Part shown: piece after piece, positions 62,030 through 64,000 of the stretch
Position numbering within the stretch: position 1 is the first letter of the stretch
How the letters are laid out: each line of letters opens with the position of its first letter
NCBI RefSeq assembly: GCF_964213995.1
Contig: NW_027590215.1
Location: 372,001-436,000, forward strand
Reading direction: 5' to 3'
Length of the DNA stretch: 64,000 nucleotides
DNA from: Mustelus asterias
Taxonomy: Eukaryota
The notes under the pieces: generated by a model
Databases searched by the model: none
Told to the model about the DNA's origin: nothing
The model's input: the letters and a program-made list of their open reading frames with translations, nothing else
Program-made: the position numbers and the translations under genes

Positions 62030-62328
62030 GCCTGGCAGCACAGTGGTTAGCATTGCTGCCTCACAGCGCCAGGAACCCGGGTTCAATTCCTGCCTCAGCT
62101 GACTGTGTGGAGTCTGCACATTCTCCCTGTATCTGTGTGGGTTTCCTCCGGGTGCTCTTGTTTCCTCCCACACTCCAAAAATGTGCAGATTAGATTGATT
62201 GGCCATGCTAAATTGGCCCTCAGTGTCGGGGATTAGCAGGATAACTACATGGGTTACAGGGATAGGGCTGGGGGTGAGATCGTTGTTGGTATAGGCTCAG
62301 TGACCTCCTTCTGCACTGTAGGGATTCT
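62030..62328 (+). mobile_element. HE1 SINE
   Basis: Head, body and tail. Confidence 0.85.
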
Positions 62329-62504
62329 CTACCGTCTGTCCTGTCATTACATTGGAACCAATACTGTGTTCACTGACACACTGCAGCCTGACTTATTATT
62401 GGAATAAACACTGTGTTTGTTACATCCAGAGTAAGTAAATCAAGCCAATCCATGACGAAGGGTCATCCAGACTCGAAATGTTGGCTAGAATCTCTCTGTA
62501 AGTC

Positions 62505-63318
62505 TCACAAACTCCCCACCCTTCAGGAGAACAGTGACCACGACACCACACAACCCTGCCACAGCAACCTCTGCAAGACGTGCCGGATCATCAACACGGA
62601 TGCCATCATCTCACGTGAGAACACCATCCACCAGGTACATGGTACATACACTTGCAACTCAGCCAATGTTGTCAACCTGATAGGTTGCAGGAAAGGAATG
62701 TCCTGAGGCATGGTACATTGGGGAGACTATGCAGACGCTACGACCACGGATGAATGAACAGCGCTCGACAATCACCAGGCAAGAGTGTTCTCTTCCTGTT
62801 GGGGAACACTTCAACGGTCACAGGCATTCGGCCTCTGATCTTCGGGTCAGCGTTCTCCAAGGCGGCCTTCACGACACACGACAACGCAGAGTCGTTGAAC
62901 AGAGACTGATAGCCAAGTTCCGCACACATGAGGACGGCCTCAACCGGGATCTTGGGTTCATGTCACACTATCTGTAACCTCCACGACTTGCCTGGACTTG
63001 CAAAATCTCACTTACTGTCCTGGCTGGAGACAATACACATCTCTTTAACCTGTGCTTAATGCTCCTTCCACTCACATTGTCTGTACCTTTAAGACTTGAT
63101 TACCTGTAAAGACTTGCATTCCAACCATTATTTTGTAAATTGAGTTTGTGTCTTTATATGCCCTGTTTGTGAACAGAACTCCCACTCATCTGATGAAGGA
63201 GCAGCGCTCCGAAAGCTTATGGCTTGTGCTACCAAATAAACCTGTTGGACTTTAACCTGGTGTTGTGAGACCTCTTACTGTGCTTACCCCAGTCGAACGC
63301 CGGCATCTCCACATCATG
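62505..63318 (+). mobile_element. Penelope-like element 3' fragment (frameshifted GIY-YIG plus pLTR)
   Basis: ORFs 62413..62706 and 62729..62977 match 32167..32811. Confidence 0.9.
63186..63222 (+). ncRNA. Minimal type I hammerhead ribozyme motif, intact core
   Basis: TCAT-CTGATGA-A-GGAGC-AGC-GCTCC-GAAA-GC-TT-ATGG. Confidence 0.7.
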
Positions 63319-63397
63319 GAATCTCTCTCCACATCATGGAATCTCTCTCCACAGTTGCTGTCAGACTTGCTGAGGTTTTGCAGCATTTTCTGTTTTG

Positions 63398-63918
63398 AAG
63401 TCAGTGCTTTGCTGTGTTGTCTCTGTGCTCCATCTCCACTCTGATTGTATTGGAGCCTGTGTGTGTCATTGTTACACTCAGAGTAAGTCAGTGCTTTGCT
63501 GTGTTGTCTCTGTGCTCCATCTCCACTCTGATTGTATTGGAGCCTGTGTGTGTCATTGTTACACTCAGAGTAAGTCAGTGCTTTGCTGTGTTGTCTCTGT
63601 GCTCCATCTCCACTCTGATTGTATTGGAGCCTGTGTGTGTCATTGTTACACTCAGAGTAAGTCAGTGCTTTGCTGTGTTGTCTCTGTGCTCCATCCCCAC
63701 TCTGATTGTATTGGAGCCTGTGTGTGTCATTGTTACACTCAGAGTAAGTCAGTGCTTTGCTGTGTTGTCTCTGTGCTCCATCCCCACTCTGATTGTATTG
63801 GAGCCTGTGTGTGTCATTGTTACACTCAGAGTAAGTCAGTGCTTTGCTGTGTTGTCTCTGTGCTCCATCCCCACTCTGATTGTATTGGAGTCTGTGTGGG
63901 TCATTGTTACACTGAGAC
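63398..63918 (+). repeat. 87-bp minisatellite, about 6 near-identical units
   Basis: GTCAGTGCTTTGCTGTGTTGTCTCTGTGCTCC...ACACTCAGAGTAA; 29-aa periodicity in three ORF frames. Confidence 0.95.
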
Positions 63919-63954
63919 TCTGTCACTGTTATTATTGGACAAACAGCAAGCTAC

Positions 63955-64000
63955 CGTCACAATGCCCGGCTGATTGACGGCAGCGCGCACCAATGGGAAG
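63955..64000 (-). promoter_or_regulatory. Further copy of promoter module B at the window edge
   Basis: CACAATGCCCGG-CTGATTGACGGCAGC...CCAAT matches 51250-51295. Confidence 0.55.

Noticed and set aside
63252-63977. Cys/His-rich repeat proteins in three frames
   Set aside because: Artefact of an 87-bp unit divisible by three; no start context or domain support.

Overview
Eukaryotic, repeat-dense DNA, almost certainly from a cartilaginous fish (shark): it carries many HE1-type tRNA SINEs, CR1/HER1-type LINEs and Penelope-like elements (PLEs). The backbone is a cluster of eight tandem C2H2 zinc-finger paralogs on both strands with no KRAB/SCAN visible (seven open finger arrays, one CR1-disrupted pseudogene). 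It was built by inverted segmental duplications (about 990-2380 vs 50070-51720; about 26350-30685 vs 37865-44520; about 24430-25690 vs 31855-33750) and shares CpG-rich promoter modules (NRF1, YY1, CCAAT, PBX-type motifs). Items not explained by this backbone: (1) a lone T-cell-receptor alpha/delta-type V pseudogene with a 23-RSS between two convergent ZNF genes; (2) minimal type I hammerhead ribozyme motifs in two PLE families, one with a compensatory U3-A8 core, and one pair on the arms of a fold-back with roughly 430-bp arms; (3) 230-385 bp islands of essentially perfect identity inside duplicates that are otherwise about 7-11% diverged; (4) a 56-bp minisatellite that reads as tandem 12-RSS-like signals at a duplication breakpoint; (5) a length-conserved 15-aa uORF made from a dead zinc finger in three paralogs; (6) a decayed retrovirus-like integrase followed by an env-like peptide. 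Coordinates were read by eye; repeat boundaries are approximate.
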